Below are positions 20,507 through 30,793 of a stretch of DNA of 64,000 bases, in pieces (the stretch's first letter is position 1; the number at the start of each line of letters is the position of its first letter). The notes below the pieces were generated by a model that saw only the letters and a program-made list of their open reading frames with translations, was not told where the DNA came from and did no database searches. Origin of the DNA: Akkermansiaceae bacterium (GTDB lineage: Bacteria; Verrucomicrobiota; Verrucomicrobiia; Verrucomicrobiales; Akkermansiaceae); NCBI GenBank assembly GCA_051251915.1, contig JBPOGF010000001.1:96001-160000 (forward strand), in the 5' to 3' direction. Position numbers and translations under genes: made by a program.

Positions 20507-23017
20507 TTAGATTCTGCGGGTGTAGATGCTGCCGATGGCTAGGGCGATGCCGATGAGGGCGAAGGTGGGGAGGCTGTCTTTTTCGATGGCTGCTGCTGGG
20601 AGGTTGTTGCGGATGCCGGTGAGGTCTGGTTTGGGGAGGGCGTTGATGGCGGTGATGGGTTGTTGGTGGAGTTGGTATTCTGCGGGGTAGGGTCGCTGCC
20701 AATAGAGGGTGGTGGATTTTCCGTCTGCGGTGTCGGTGAGCTGGAGGAAGATGCGTTCTTTGCCTTTTAGGGGGATGGAGGTTTGGTAGCTTCCTAGGCC
20801 GGTTTGCTGGAGGGAGACGTCGAGACGGTTGCCTTTTCCGTCTAGGGCATCGACTCTCCATTTGACTTTGTTGAGGTGGCGGTTGGCGTCATCTTTGCGG
20901 GTGATGTTGAGGTTCCATGAATCTGCGATGATGTTGCTGGTGGTGGAGATGCCACGGCCGTCGTCTTTGCGGAGGATGGAGCGGAGGGTTTGGTCCCAGA
21001 ACTTGCTGCAGGCTGACCAACTGAGCCACTCGGAGCCCCATTTATCGCTGAGGTCTGAGGTGTAGGCGAAGGTGGTGCCTAGGCCGTAGCGGGAGGTGGC
21101 TAGTAGCGGGTCGCCGGTTTCGGCTGCTAGGACGACTTTTGCGGTTGGTTTGGCTTGGGTCATGACGTAGCCCATGATGAAGGGGAGTTCGGCGGTTTCG
21201 AAGCCGTTGAGTAGTGGGTGTTCGCCGATTTGGACTGAGCCGTAGAGGTCTTCTTTGATGGCTGATTTGGATGCCTGCATGGTTTCCTTGGTGAAGATCT
21301 GGGGGACGTTGGCTGGGTCATTGGTTTCGTAGTATCTGCCTTTACCTGTTTCTGCGATGGCAGCCATGAGTTCTCTGGCGGCGCCTTCTCCCATGGCGAC
21401 GGTGGAGATGGTGACGCGTGAGGCGGCTAGTTGCTCGGCTAGGCCAATGTAGTCTGCTTCTGGGGTGTGGCCGTCTGATAGGATGATGATGTGTTTGATT
21501 TTGGCGGAGGTGGAGTCTAGCATGTCCTTGGCTTTTTGGAATGCTGGGTAGAGGTTGGTGCCGCCGCTGGCGTCTAGGGTGTCTATGGAGTCTAGGATGG
21601 TGGCTTTGGCGGATGCGGAGGACATTTCTACGATGACTTGTGGTTCGCCATCGAAGCCGATGACGGCGATCTGGTCTTGGGCGCCGAGGAGGTCGACTGC
21701 GGCTTTGGCGGCGGTGCGGGCGAGTTGGATGGGGACGCCTTGCATGGAGCCGGATTTATCGATGACTAGGACCATGGCGAGGCTGGGCTTTTGTTTTTCT
21801 TTTTCGTAGCGTGAGGTTAGAGGTAAGATTTCATCGATGGGGGTCTGATAGTATCCTCCGAGTCCGAATGAGTTTTCTGAGCCAAGCATTCCGAGTCCGC
21901 CGCCGAAGTCTGAGACGTAGCTTTTGAGTTCGGTGAGTTGTTGGACAGTGAGGTCGGTAGCTGGGACGTCTGCGAGGATGATGGCTTTGAAGGCGAGCAT
22001 GTCTTGGAGGGTGACTGGGAGGCCATTGGCTCCTCGGACATCGATTTCTATGCCTTGTTTGCGCATGGCGCGGGTGAATTCACGCATGGCTTTTGGTTCT
22101 TTGTGGATGACTAGGATGCGTGGGGTTCCGGAGACGGTGATGTTGGTTTTGGCTTGGTTGTTGGCGGGGAAGTGGTCGTCTTCGGGTTGGATTTCTACTG
22201 CCCAGCGGCTGATGCCAGCGGTGGTCATTTCTGCATCGAAGCCAATTTTGTTAGGTTTGTCTGGTGAGAGGGTGACGTCTTGGTTCTGGACTACGACGCC
22301 TTGGTGGAGGAGGCGGACGGAGCATTTCATTTCTTTGCTGGTGGTGATGTCTGCTTGCATTCTGACAATTTCTCCTTCGTAGGCGGTGGGGACGAGTGCT
22401 CTGAAGTCGGTGACTGCGGCTTCGGCTTTTTGGAGGCCTTGGGTTTGCAGGAAGCTGATTTCTATGCCTTCGTTTTTGAGGGTGTTTACTGAGTTGGCTG
22501 CGTCTGGGTCAGTGGGGACGCCGTCTGAGAAGAGGACGAGTCTTCTGGCTTTGTTAGAGGGGAATTCTAGTCTGGTGGTGAGGAGGGCTGAGGAGAGGTT
22601 AGAGGAGGATCTGAACTGGGCGTCGCCGCCGTCTAGCTCGGCTTTTTCTGCAAATTCTTTGATGTCATTGATGGTGACTTTTTTGGTTTCGCTGGCGAAT
22701 AGGTAGATGGAGTGGGTGTCTGAGCCGCTGAGGGAGGCGATGGATTCTTCTATTTCTGTTGCGGATTTTTCTATGCCTGCGGGTGAGACTGATGCGGAGC
22801 CGTCTACGAGGTAGACGACGTGGACGTTGTCTGCTTCTGATTTAGAGAATGGTTTGCAGAGGGCAAGGATGAGGAAGAGGACGGCTAGGAGCCGCATGGC
22901 GAAGGAAATGATTTTCCAGTGTTTGGGGCGATCAACTAGTGAGAGCCAGAAGCCGGCTCCTAGGAAGATGAGTGCAGGGATGAACCACCAGAGTTGTGAG
23001 ATGTTAGAGAAATTCAT
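20507..23017 (-). CDS. Membrane-anchored double-vWA protein with a glutamine-amidotransferase-like middle domain
   Basis: N-terminal TMs, MIDAS motifs DGSASV and DKSGSM, GGGLGMLGSENSFGLGGY..TPIDEILP, C-terminal TM. Confidence 0.85.
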   Translation of the reverse strand: MNFSNISQLWWFIPALIFLGAGFWLSLVDRPKHWKIISFAMRLLAVLFLILALCKPFSKSEADNVHVVYLVDGSASVSPAGIEKSATEIEESIASLSGSDTHSIYLFASETKKVTINDIKEFAEKAELDGGDAQFRSSSNLSSALLTTRLEFPSNKARRLVLFSDGVPTDPDAANSVNTLKNEGIEISFLQTQGLQKAEAAVTDFRALVPTAYEGEIVRMQADITTSKEMKCSVRLLHQGVVVQNQDVTLSPDKPNKIGFDAEMTTAGISRWAVEIQPEDDHFPANNQAKTNITVSGTPRILVIHKEPKAMREFTRAMRKQGIEIDVRGANGLPVTLQDMLAFKAIILADVPATDLTVQQLTELKSYVSDFGGGLGMLGSENSFGLGGYYQTPIDEILPLTSRYEKEKQKPSLAMVLVIDKSGSMQGVPIQLARTAAKAAVDLLGAQDQIAVIGFDGEPQVIVEMSSASAKATILDSIDTLDASGGTNLYPAFQKAKDMLDSTSAKIKHIIILSDGHTPEADYIGLAEQLAASRVTISTVAMGEGAARELMAAIAETGKGRYYETNDPANVPQIFTKETMQASKSAIKEDLYGSVQIGEHPLLNGFETAELPFIMGYVMTQAKPTAKVVLAAETGDPLLATSRYGLGTTFAYTSDLSDKWGSEWLSWSACSKFWDQTLRSILRKDDGRGISTTSNIIADSWNLNITRKDDANRHLNKVKWRVDALDGKGNRLDVSLQQTGLGSYQTSIPLKGKERIFLQLTDTADGKSTTLYWQRPYPAEYQLHQQPITAINALPKPDLTGIRNNLPAAAIEKDSLPTFALIGIALAIGSIYTRRI

Positions 23018-23026
23018 AAGTGTGGT

Positions 23027-24829
23027 TTAGTCTGCTTTTCTACGGTGATAGAGGATGGACTCGACGGTGAGGAAGATGATGCCGAGGACGATGAGCCAGA
23101 AACTTAGGGGGTAGCCGGTGGCTAGGTTGGTGAGGGTGGATGATGAGATTTTACTTTCTAGTAGGGAGTCATTTGCGGAGAGGAGGGAGGTTGAGACTTG
23201 GATGGGTTTGCCTTTGTTCTGCCAGCTGTAGATGCCTAGTTGGTTTAAGTTTAGGTTTAGGTGATCGTTAGAATTTTGCTTGGATGATGGGGTGGTGATT
23301 TCGCCGTCTATTTCTTCTGGGTTGAGGGAGAGTTGGCTTCCGGTGGCGTAGGTGGAGGCTAGGCGGGCGGAGTTGCCGCTGAGGTAGGTGGCGGCGTCGT
23401 AGATCATGACTGGGAAGGATGGTGAGAGGAAGAAGTCGCCCTGGGCGGGGTTTAGGTTGATGACGATGATGGAGCGGTTGAGTTCGTTGATCTGGTAGAT
23501 GAGTGGGGTTTTGTCATCTGATTCTAGGATGATTCTGGCGGTGTCTGTGGTGGTGATTTTTTTGGCTCCAGGGAAGGTGAGTTGGTTGATGTCTGTGTGT
23601 CTGAGGATGGGGTGCTGGGGGTTTTCGGCGATGGCTAGGTTGACGATGAATTCTTCTCCAAGGTTGGTCCAGAACGGAGATGTTCCTGATGGTGAGAAGA
23701 TGATGACATTTCCGGTGATGTCTGCTGGGACGGAGCCGTGGAATACGGTGACGCTGGTGGTGTCTTCTGTTTCAGAGTCAGCAATTTGGAGTGAGCCGCC
23801 GGCGCGGGTGAAGGCGTCGATGCAGCGTTGGTAGAAGTAGTTGTCTTCTGTGGGGATTTTTACTGGGATGGTGGGGAGTTTGCGGAGGATGAGCTGGGCG
23901 GAGTTGTCTTGTGGGAGTGAGTCCTCGCGGAGGATGCGGGCTATCCATTCGCCTGGGGCAGCTTCTGGGATGTCTAGGAAGAAGGGGGCGTTGATGCCGG
24001 GGGTGAGGGTGAATTCTGAGAGTTTTCCTACTGAACCGGTGGCTGGGTGGAAGAGTTCTATTTCTACTTTAATCGGTTTTGTGAGTGATGATGCTAGTTT
24101 AACCATGCAGCGGGCTGAGGTGTCTCTGGGGTTGGGCTGGATGTCTGCGGCGATGATTCCGATGTTGTTTGGGGTTTCGTCGTCGGCGATGTTGAGGACT
24201 TCTATTCCGGTGGTGGTTTCAGGGAAGTTTGCGCAGCCGTCGGTGATGAGGAGGATGCGGTGGTTGTTAGAGTTTTCTTCCGAGTTTGTGCTTTGTGTGG
24301 TCTCTATGATGGTGGAGATGGCGTTTTGGCTGAGTGGGGTGATGCTGGGGGTGATGCTGTCTATTGCTTGGTGGAGACGGTGGGTGTTGTTGCTGAGGTG
24401 GGTGAGGAAGAGGAGATCGGAGTCTAGGACTGCGAGGGATGCACGTTGGCCTGCACCGAGTGATTTGATGAGGTCGTGGGCTTTGGTTTTGGCTTCGTCT
24501 AGGCGGATGTTGTCTGAGGTTCCGACTTTAGTATTCATGGAGGCGGAGCGGTCAATGACGATGATGAGGCTGCTGGTGTCTTCTTTGTGGAAGCTTGGCT
24601 GGCTGAGCCCTAGGATGATGAGGGCTAGGGCTATGAGCATGAGTAGTAGGGAGAGGAAATTTCTTAGCTTGCTGAAGAGTGACGTGTTGTTTTTTTCTTC
24701 AAATATTTGTTCCCAGAGAAACCAGGTGTTGGTTTGTTTTTTACGTGGCCTTACCTTGAGCAGGTAGGCTGCGACTAGAGGGATGAGGGCGAGGAAGCCC
24801 CAGAGGAATTGTGGTGCTAGGAAATTCAT
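23027..24829 (-). CDS. BatA-N/vWA domain membrane protein
   Basis: BatA-like N-terminus MNFLAPQFLWGFLALIPLVAAYLLK, MIDAS DRSASM, LITDG, C-terminal TM. Confidence 0.85.
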   Translation of the reverse strand: MNFLAPQFLWGFLALIPLVAAYLLKVRPRKKQTNTWFLWEQIFEEKNNTSLFSKLRNFLSLLLMLIALALIILGLSQPSFHKEDTSSLIIVIDRSASMNTKVGTSDNIRLDEAKTKAHDLIKSLGAGQRASLAVLDSDLLFLTHLSNNTHRLHQAIDSITPSITPLSQNAISTIIETTQSTNSEENSNNHRILLITDGCANFPETTTGIEVLNIADDETPNNIGIIAADIQPNPRDTSARCMVKLASSLTKPIKVEIELFHPATGSVGKLSEFTLTPGINAPFFLDIPEAAPGEWIARILREDSLPQDNSAQLILRKLPTIPVKIPTEDNYFYQRCIDAFTRAGGSLQIADSETEDTTSVTVFHGSVPADITGNVIIFSPSGTSPFWTNLGEEFIVNLAIAENPQHPILRHTDINQLTFPGAKKITTTDTARIILESDDKTPLIYQINELNRSIIVINLNPAQGDFFLSPSFPVMIYDAATYLSGNSARLASTYATGSQLSLNPEEIDGEITTPSSKQNSNDHLNLNLNQLGIYSWQNKGKPIQVSTSLLSANDSLLESKISSSTLTNLATGYPLSFWLIVLGIIFLTVESILYHRRKAD

Positions 24830-25692
24830 TCTGTTAGGCCTCCTTTGCGGATGATGTGGGAAACGATTTTCTCGAAGTCATCGATGCTGGTGGTTTGGAG
24901 GTAGCCTAGGCCGCGTTTTAGGCAGGTGGCTTTGAGGTCATCGTTCCATTTGGTGATGGCTTTTTTGTAGGCTTCGGCTTCTTTTTTGGTGACGGTGACT
25001 TTGGTGGATTTTTTAGTTTCGATGCATTCTAAGAGGACGTCACCTTTCATGTCGCATTCGAGATCTTGAGGGTCGTGAATCTGGAGGCAGAAGACGTCGT
25101 GTCTGAGGCCTTGGAGGAGGCGGAGACCGTCGTTGAAGCCATTTGGGTAGAGGAAGTCTGAGATGATGAGAACCATGCCTTTTTTGTTGTGCCGGGCTTG
25201 GAGTTCTTTCATGCAGGCGGTGAGGTCGGTGTCGTTTCCGAAGGTCTCGTAGTTTTCTAGGTTTCTGAGAAAGGGGAGGACGGCGCCTTTTCCTCGGGAG
25301 GGTTCTTGGAGTTGCTGGAGTTTGTCTGCCATGCCGTAGGTGACGAGCCTGTCCATGCAGTTGAGGGCGATGTAGCCTAGGGCTGCGGCGAGTTGCTTGG
25401 CGTGGAGCAGCTTTGACTGCATGGAGTGGCTGGTGTCTAGGATGAGGTAGATGGTGGCGTCTTCTTCCATTTCGAAGAGCTTGATGAAGAGTTCTTCGGT
25501 GCGGGCGTAGACTCTCCAGTCGATGGCGCGGTAGTCGTCACCGAAGTTGTATTCGGAGTAGTCAGCGAAGGTGATGCCGGTGCCTTTTTTGCGCGACTTT
25601 CGGTCGGCCTGTAGTGACCCGCCTAGGACTCTGCGGGAGAGTAGGTAGAGGGATTCTAGTCGGCGGATGAACTTGGGGTCAGTGAAGGACAC
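24826..25692 (-). CDS. DUF58 domain protein
   Basis: FADYSEYNFGDDYRAIDWRVYART..LFIKLFE, DTSHSM and ISDF motifs; GTG start. Confidence 0.92.
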   Translation of the reverse strand: MSFTDPKFIRRLESLYLLSRRVLGGSLQADRKSRKKGTGITFADYSEYNFGDDYRAIDWRVYARTEELFIKLFEMEEDATIYLILDTSHSMQSKLLHAKQLAAALGYIALNCMDRLVTYGMADKLQQLQEPSRGKGAVLPFLRNLENYETFGNDTDLTACMKELQARHNKKGMVLIISDFLYPNGFNDGLRLLQGLRHDVFCLQIHDPQDLECDMKGDVLLECIETKKSTKVTVTKKEAEAYKKAITKWNDDLKATCLKRGLGYLQTTSIDDFEKIVSHIIRKGGLTE

Positions 25693-25720
25693 GTTGGAAT
25701 TTGATTTAGGAATTGAGACT

Positions 25721-25750
25721 CGGGTTTAGCGGGATTTAGCGGGATTTAGC
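25721..25750. repeat. 10-bp tandem repeat (GGGATTTAGC x3, first copy imperfect) spanning the moxR stop
   Basis: cgggtttagc-gggatttagc-gggatttagc read directly from the sequence. Confidence 0.8.
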
Positions 25751-26725
25751 GATGGCTGCCTTGATGATGCTGTCTGGATCGATGCCTTCTGCTTCTCCTT
25801 CGAAGGAGAGGATGAGTCTGTGGCGGAGGGCGGGGAGTGCGACTGCGTCTACGTCCTCTTTGGAGACGTGGTATCTGCCATCGAGTAGTGCTCTGGCGCG
25901 TGATGCGGCGAGGATGGCCTGGGCGGCACGTGGGGAGGCTCCGTTTCTGACGTATTGGGTGACTTCTGTGGTGACGTTTTCGCCGTCTGGGTGGGTGGCG
26001 CGGACGATACGGACGAGGTAGCTCATGATGGATTCTGCGACGGGTATCTCGCGGATGGTTTCTCCCATGGAGATGATGTCTTTTCCGCTGGCTACGGGGC
26101 GGATTTTCGGTGTGGTGTTACCTCCGGTGCGGTTGAGGATTTCTAGGAAGTCGTCATGGTTTGGGAGGTCTAGTTTGAGCTTAAAGAAGAAGCGGTCTAG
26201 CTGGGCTTCTGGGAGCGGGTAGGTGCCGTCGTTTTCGATGGGGTTCTGGGTGGCGAGTACGAAGAACGGGAGTCCGATGGAGTGAGTCTGGTTGGCAACG
26301 GTGACGCGTTTCTCCTGCATTGTTTCTAGTAATGCGGATTGGGTCTTGGGGGTTGCGCGGTTGATTTCATCTGCTAGGAGGATGTTACAGAATACGGGGC
26401 CGGGCTGGAAGGTGAGCTCTCTGCGGCCGTCTTTTTCTGAGAGAATCTGGGTGCCTACTACGTCTGATGGGAGTAGATCTGGGGTGAACTGAATGCGCTG
26501 GAAGCGGAGTTCTAGGGCGGTGGCTAGGGTGTTTACTAGGGCGGTTTTACCGAGTCCTGGGACACCTTCTAGGAGGACGTGACCGCCGCAGCAGACTGCG
26601 ATGAGGACGTTTTCGATGATGTCGTCTTGTCCGACGATGAACTTGCTGACCTCATCTTTTACTTTCTGAAATCTCTCTCTGAAGTGGTTAGCTTTTTCTT
26701 CGATGTTTGTGGTGTCTGTGGTCAT
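25736..26725 (-). CDS. moxR: MoxR-family AAA+ ATPase
   Basis: GHVLLEGVPGLGKT, RIQFTPDLLPSD, LADEINRATPKTQSALLE, ATQNPIE and YPLPEAQLDRF. Confidence 0.95.
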   Translation of the reverse strand: MTTDTTNIEEKANHFRERFQKVKDEVSKFIVGQDDIIENVLIAVCCGGHVLLEGVPGLGKTALVNTLATALELRFQRIQFTPDLLPSDVVGTQILSEKDGRRELTFQPGPVFCNILLADEINRATPKTQSALLETMQEKRVTVANQTHSIGLPFFVLATQNPIENDGTYPLPEAQLDRFFFKLKLDLPNHDDFLEILNRTGGNTTPKIRPVASGKDIISMGETIREIPVAESIMSYLVRIVRATHPDGENVTTEVTQYVRNGASPRAAQAILAASRARALLDGRYHVSKEDVDAVALPALRHRLILSFEGEAEGIDPDSIIKAAIAKSR

Positions 26726-26741
26726 GATTTTGTTATGGAAA

Positions 26742-28586
26742 TTATTTTTCTGGGGTTGCTGGGGCGGTGTTGTGGATGTCTTCGAAGTATTGTTTAACGG
26801 ATTGTTTCATTTCTTCTGGGACATCATCTCTTTCGATGAATGAGCTCATTTGGTGTTCGAAATCTCGTTTTTTGACGGTGCCTTGTCTGGAGGAGGAGCC
26901 GGTGCCGGAGTCTGCATCTTCGATGGAGCTTTGGGATGGGCCGATGCCTTTTTGTCCTTTGAGTTTGGAGTATTGCTGATTGTTCTCTAGCTTGTCCTTG
27001 TCTTTTCTTCTGGAGTTATCTGAGCCGGTGCCTGGTTGTTTGCCGCCTTTGCCACGCATTTGAAATTGGGATTGGTTCTTTTGGCCGTTGGCGTATCCTT
27101 GGGCGAGTCCTAGACCTTGCTTGAGTCCTTGGAGTCTGCCGCGCATTGATTTCATGGCTTGCATACGGAGGAGCATGTTTTTGAGGGCTTCCAAGTCGCC
27201 GTCCATGTTGCGGAGTTGCTCGAGGAATTCTTCCCATTCTTCTTCGGTCATTGGTTCGCCTTGCATCATTTCTAGCTCCATTTCTTCCATCATTTCTTGG
27301 AGTTCTTGGGCGTTATTTTCTAGGAGTTCTAGGAGCTGCTCTAGAAGCTCGGGTGGGATTTGACCTAGCATGTCTTGTGGGAGCTGGTCTAGGAGTTCCA
27401 TGGGGAGATTGTTGAGGAGTTCTTCGGGTAAGTTTCTGAGGTCTTCTAGGTTGAGTTCTTCAGGGAGCTTGGTGATTCCGTGCTGTTCTAGCAGTTCGGC
27501 GAATTGTTGCATGCTCATGGAGGAGGAGCTGCTATCGCTTGAGTTGCCTTGGGACTGGGCTTTGTTTTGTCTTGCTGCTTGGTTGAGGCGTTTGGTGAGT
27601 TGGCGGAGTTTTGCGAGTTGTTTTTGCTTTTCGTTGAGGGCTTTTTTCTTGTCGGGTTTTTTGGCGTCGGCTTTGAGTTTGGCTAGTTTTTTTTGGTCTA
27701 GTTCTTTGGCTTTATTTTTATTGTCGTCTTTGCGGAGTTTGAATTCTTCGAGTTTTTGGGCTGCTTTTTTGAAGTCTTTGTTTTCTAGGTGCTTGCCCAT
27801 TTCTTTGGCGGCTGCGTCTTGGGCTTTGAGCATTTGGATTCCGGCATTTTTGAGGAGTTCTTCGTTTTTGCGGTTTTGTAGGGAGTCGATGGATTTCTGG
27901 ATTTTCTGTTCGATTCTTGCGATGTTGCGGAGGGCTTCGCGTTTGTTGTCGGTCATCTTGAGCTCTTTGACCCATTGGCGGATGGCGTCTGGATCGATGG
28001 CTTCTTTTTCTTCATCGGAGAGGCTCTTGATCATGTTTTCGACCTCTTCTTCGACGGACTTCTTGATTTCTTCGGTGCGCTGAGCGGTGGTGGCTTTTTC
28101 TTGGATTTCCTGGAGGACCTTTTGTGATGGGGGGATGAATGCGATGCTGACTGCTGCGATGACTCCGAGGGCAGCGATAGAGGTAAGTTTTTTAGAAATG
28201 GGGAGGGGGATGGATTTTGGTGATAGGTTGACGATGGTTGCGGCGGCTTGTTTTCTCTGGAGTTCGTAGATCTGGCCTTCTTGGTGATGTTCCTCGAATT
28301 CGATGGCTGAGGTGAGTGAGTCTTTGAGGTGGAAGAACTGGTCTGCGTAGGCTGACGACTGGAGTGCGTTTTTCTTTTTGGTGAACCAAATGGTGAGTGC
28401 GTAAATGACTGCGATAGAGGCTGCTATGGGGTATACTAGGGCGGCGGATACTGCATGGCCGCGGAAGATGTAAGTGAGGCCCCAGATGAGAGAGATGGCT
28501 GCGGCGATAATTAGACTGATGAGTAATGCTTTGAGGGCTATTCCTGTGTTTAGTCTAGATTTTATGGCAGCGATGAAGTCTTTCAT
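26742..28586 (-). CDS. Membrane-anchored coiled-coil protein, first gene of the MoxR operon
   Basis: Three TMs, long Q/K/E coiled coil, Gly/Ser tail and C-terminal VPEEMKQSVKQYFE; start placed at MKDFIAAIK. Confidence 0.8.
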   Translation of the reverse strand: MKDFIAAIKSRLNTGIALKALLISLIIAAAISLIWGLTYIFRGHAVSAALVYPIAASIAVIYALTIWFTKKKNALQSSAYADQFFHLKDSLTSAIEFEEHHQEGQIYELQRKQAAATIVNLSPKSIPLPISKKLTSIAALGVIAAVSIAFIPPSQKVLQEIQEKATTAQRTEEIKKSVEEEVENMIKSLSDEEKEAIDPDAIRQWVKELKMTDNKREALRNIARIEQKIQKSIDSLQNRKNEELLKNAGIQMLKAQDAAAKEMGKHLENKDFKKAAQKLEEFKLRKDDNKNKAKELDQKKLAKLKADAKKPDKKKALNEKQKQLAKLRQLTKRLNQAARQNKAQSQGNSSDSSSSSMSMQQFAELLEQHGITKLPEELNLEDLRNLPEELLNNLPMELLDQLPQDMLGQIPPELLEQLLELLENNAQELQEMMEEMELEMMQGEPMTEEEWEEFLEQLRNMDGDLEALKNMLLRMQAMKSMRGRLQGLKQGLGLAQGYANGQKNQSQFQMRGKGGKQPGTGSDNSRRKDKDKLENNQQYSKLKGQKGIGPSQSSIEDADSGTGSSSRQGTVKKRDFEHQMSSFIERDDVPEEMKQSVKQYFEDIHNTAPATPEK

Positions 28587-28789
28587 AAGTTTAGTGGGCT
28601 GTGGGAATACTCGTAGGTAGATCAAAGAAAACGACTGTATTGAGACACTACATACAATGCATAAAGTTAATAAGTTGTTTTGCCAAAGAAAAACTTCAGA
28701 ACTTAATGATTCGGTAAATTGTGGAGCTATTTTTGTGTGGTTCAAACCACGTCTTGACAGTGACTGTTCTCTAAAGAAGTATTCAGCCG

Positions 28790-30793
28790 ATGGCAGAAGG
28801 ATTCTCATTTTCTAGTTTAAACGAAGCACAGAAGGACGCGGTGAACTCGCTCGATGGGCCAGTATTGATCTTGGCAGGAGCGGGGACTGGGAAGACGCGG
28901 ACAGTGACTTGTAGGATTTCAAACATGCTTACTCAGGGTATACTTCCTAGCCAAATTCTGGCGGTGACATTTACCAATAAGAGTGCGGTGGAGATGAAGG
29001 AGAGGGTGAGTGGTATGGTGGATAAGAAGGCGGCGAAGGAGCTGACAGTGTGTACGTTTCACTCGTTGTGTGTGCGGATTCTGCGTGAGGGGATTGAGAA
29101 GTTGGGGTATAAGAAGAATTTTACGATTTATGCGGGGAGTGATCAGGTGGGCTTGATGAAGCAATTGATTGTGCGCAAGGGGGGGAAGGATTTGAACCTT
29201 GATGCGATGCAGGTGCTGAGCATGATTTCTAAAAATAAGAATGATGGTTTGGAGCCGGATGACCATGCGGATGAAATGGTGTCGATTATTGCGAAGGCTT
29301 ATACGGATGAGCTGCGGACACAGAATGCGGTTGATTTTGATGATTTGCTGGTGTTGGCGGAGAAGTTATTGCGGATGCATAGTGATGTGCGGGATGTGCT
29401 GCGGGATAAATATAGGTATGTGACGGTGGATGAGTTTCAGGATACCAATGGTTTGCAGATGAAGCTGGTGCAGCAGTTGGTGGGTGCTCCGTATAATATC
29501 TGTGTGGTGGGTGATGATGATCAGAGTATTTATGGTTGGCGTGGGGCGGATGTGACGAACATTTTGCAGTTTGAGAAGTTCTTTCCTAATCCGAAGGTGA
29601 TTCTTTTGGAGGTGAATTATCGTAGTAGTGCGGCGGTATTGCATACGGCAAACTCGCTGATTAAGAATAATATTGGTCGGCGCGAGAAGGAGCTAAAACC
29701 ATTTCATGCAGGTGGGAAGCATTTGAGGCTGATCAGTATGCCGGGGGATGAAGAGGAGGCCGAATTTATCGCGGAAGAGGTATTGGAGAGGTGTCGGAAT
29801 GGGAAGAAGCCTTGGGAGGATTTTGCTGTGCTGTTCAGGACAAATCAGCAGAGCAGGAATTTGGAGGCAGCGATGCGGACGTATGATATTCCTTACCGGG
29901 TGGTGGGGGCGCAAAGTTTCTTTGATAAGAAGGAGGTGCGTGATGTGCTTGCCTATTTGCAGATGTTTTATAATCCGATGAGTGATGTTCCGCTTCTGAG
30001 GGTGATAGGTGCGCCGCCGCGTGGGATAGGGCAGGGGTCAGTGTTGCTGATGACGGAGGCTAGCAGGGAGCAGGAGTGTAGCGTGTGGGAGGTGATGCAT
30101 AAGGAGGAGGTGTTGGAGCAACTGAGCGCGAAGGTGCGCAATTCAGTGAAGGAATTCACTGAGATAGTGACTGAGACGCGTGATGAGATGCTGGATGCTC
30201 GGAGCAAGGAAAACATGGGTGATGTGCTGAAGGGATTCTTGGAGAAAATCAATTATCATGAATGGATGATACGTGGTTGTAAGACGGATGCTGAGAAGGA
30301 GAAGCGCGCTGAGGGGATTCATGATGTGGTGGATTACCTGCGGGATTCATCGCGTCAGGGTAAGACGTTGCAGCAGTTTTTGGATAGAATGGCGCTTCAG
30401 GAGAATAAGAATGATGATGATATTGAGAAGCAGAAGGGTGTGTGTTTGATCACGCTTCATGCTTCGAAGGGATTGGAATTTCCTATTGTGTATTTGGTGG
30501 GATTAGAGAATGGGATTTTGCCGCATAAGCGGAGTCAGGAGGAGGGGACGATAGATGAAGAGCGGCGGTTGCTGTATGTGGGGATTACCCGTGCCCAGGA
30601 TGAGTTGACGATGACATATTGCAACTACCGAAGCAAATATGGTGAGCGTGTCCATTGTGAGACAAGTTCATTTATGAAGGAGCTGGATTTTACATTTATT
30701 GATGAGTCTGATTATGAGGATATCATGGGTGCGGAGGCTACTGAGGAGGAGCAGGAGAGCTTTTTCTCTAGTTTGAAGGATATGTTAGAGTAG
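28790..30793 (+). CDS. pcrA: SF1 ATP-dependent DNA helicase, UvrD/PcrA/Rep family
   Basis: LAGAGTGKT, VTFTNKSA, VDEFQDTN, VGDDDQSIYGWRGA, TLHASKGLEF and EERRLLYVGITRA. Confidence 0.93.
   Translation: MAEGFSFSSLNEAQKDAVNSLDGPVLILAGAGTGKTRTVTCRISNMLTQGILPSQILAVTFTNKSAVEMKERVSGMVDKKAAKELTVCTFHSLCVRILREGIEKLGYKKNFTIYAGSDQVGLMKQLIVRKGGKDLNLDAMQVLSMISKNKNDGLEPDDHADEMVSIIAKAYTDELRTQNAVDFDDLLVLAEKLLRMHSDVRDVLRDKYRYVTVDEFQDTNGLQMKLVQQLVGAPYNICVVGDDDQSIYGWRGADVTNILQFEKFFPNPKVILLEVNYRSSAAVLHTANSLIKNNIGRREKELKPFHAGGKHLRLISMPGDEEEAEFIAEEVLERCRNGKKPWEDFAVLFRTNQQSRNLEAAMRTYDIPYRVVGAQSFFDKKEVRDVLAYLQMFYNPMSDVPLLRVIGAPPRGIGQGSVLLMTEASREQECSVWEVMHKEEVLEQLSAKVRNSVKEFTEIVTETRDEMLDARSKENMGDVLKGFLEKINYHEWMIRGCKTDAEKEKRAEGIHDVVDYLRDSSRQGKTLQQFLDRMALQENKNDDDIEKQKGVCLITLHASKGLEFPIVYLVGLENGILPHKRSQEEGTIDEERRLLYVGITRAQDELTMTYCNYRSKYGERVHCETSSFMKELDFTFIDESDYEDIMGAEATEEEQESFFSSLKDMLE

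Noticed and set aside
25721..25750. 10-bp tandem repeat at the moxR stop as a regulatory switch
   Set aside because: Copy-number change would affect only the last codons or the spacer; most simply a local slippage duplication
20391..28389. Many overlapping antisense or alternate-frame ORFs of 60-308 aa (e.g. 23841-24767, 27370-28083)
   Set aside because: Shadows of well-supported genes with low-complexity S/R/M or P/H/Q composition caused by codon skew
28587..28808. Longest-ORF N-terminal extension of the 26742 gene (likewise for dxs, rpsN and the 50744 gene)
   Set aside because: The extensions run through promoters or neighbouring genes; downstream ATGs fit better
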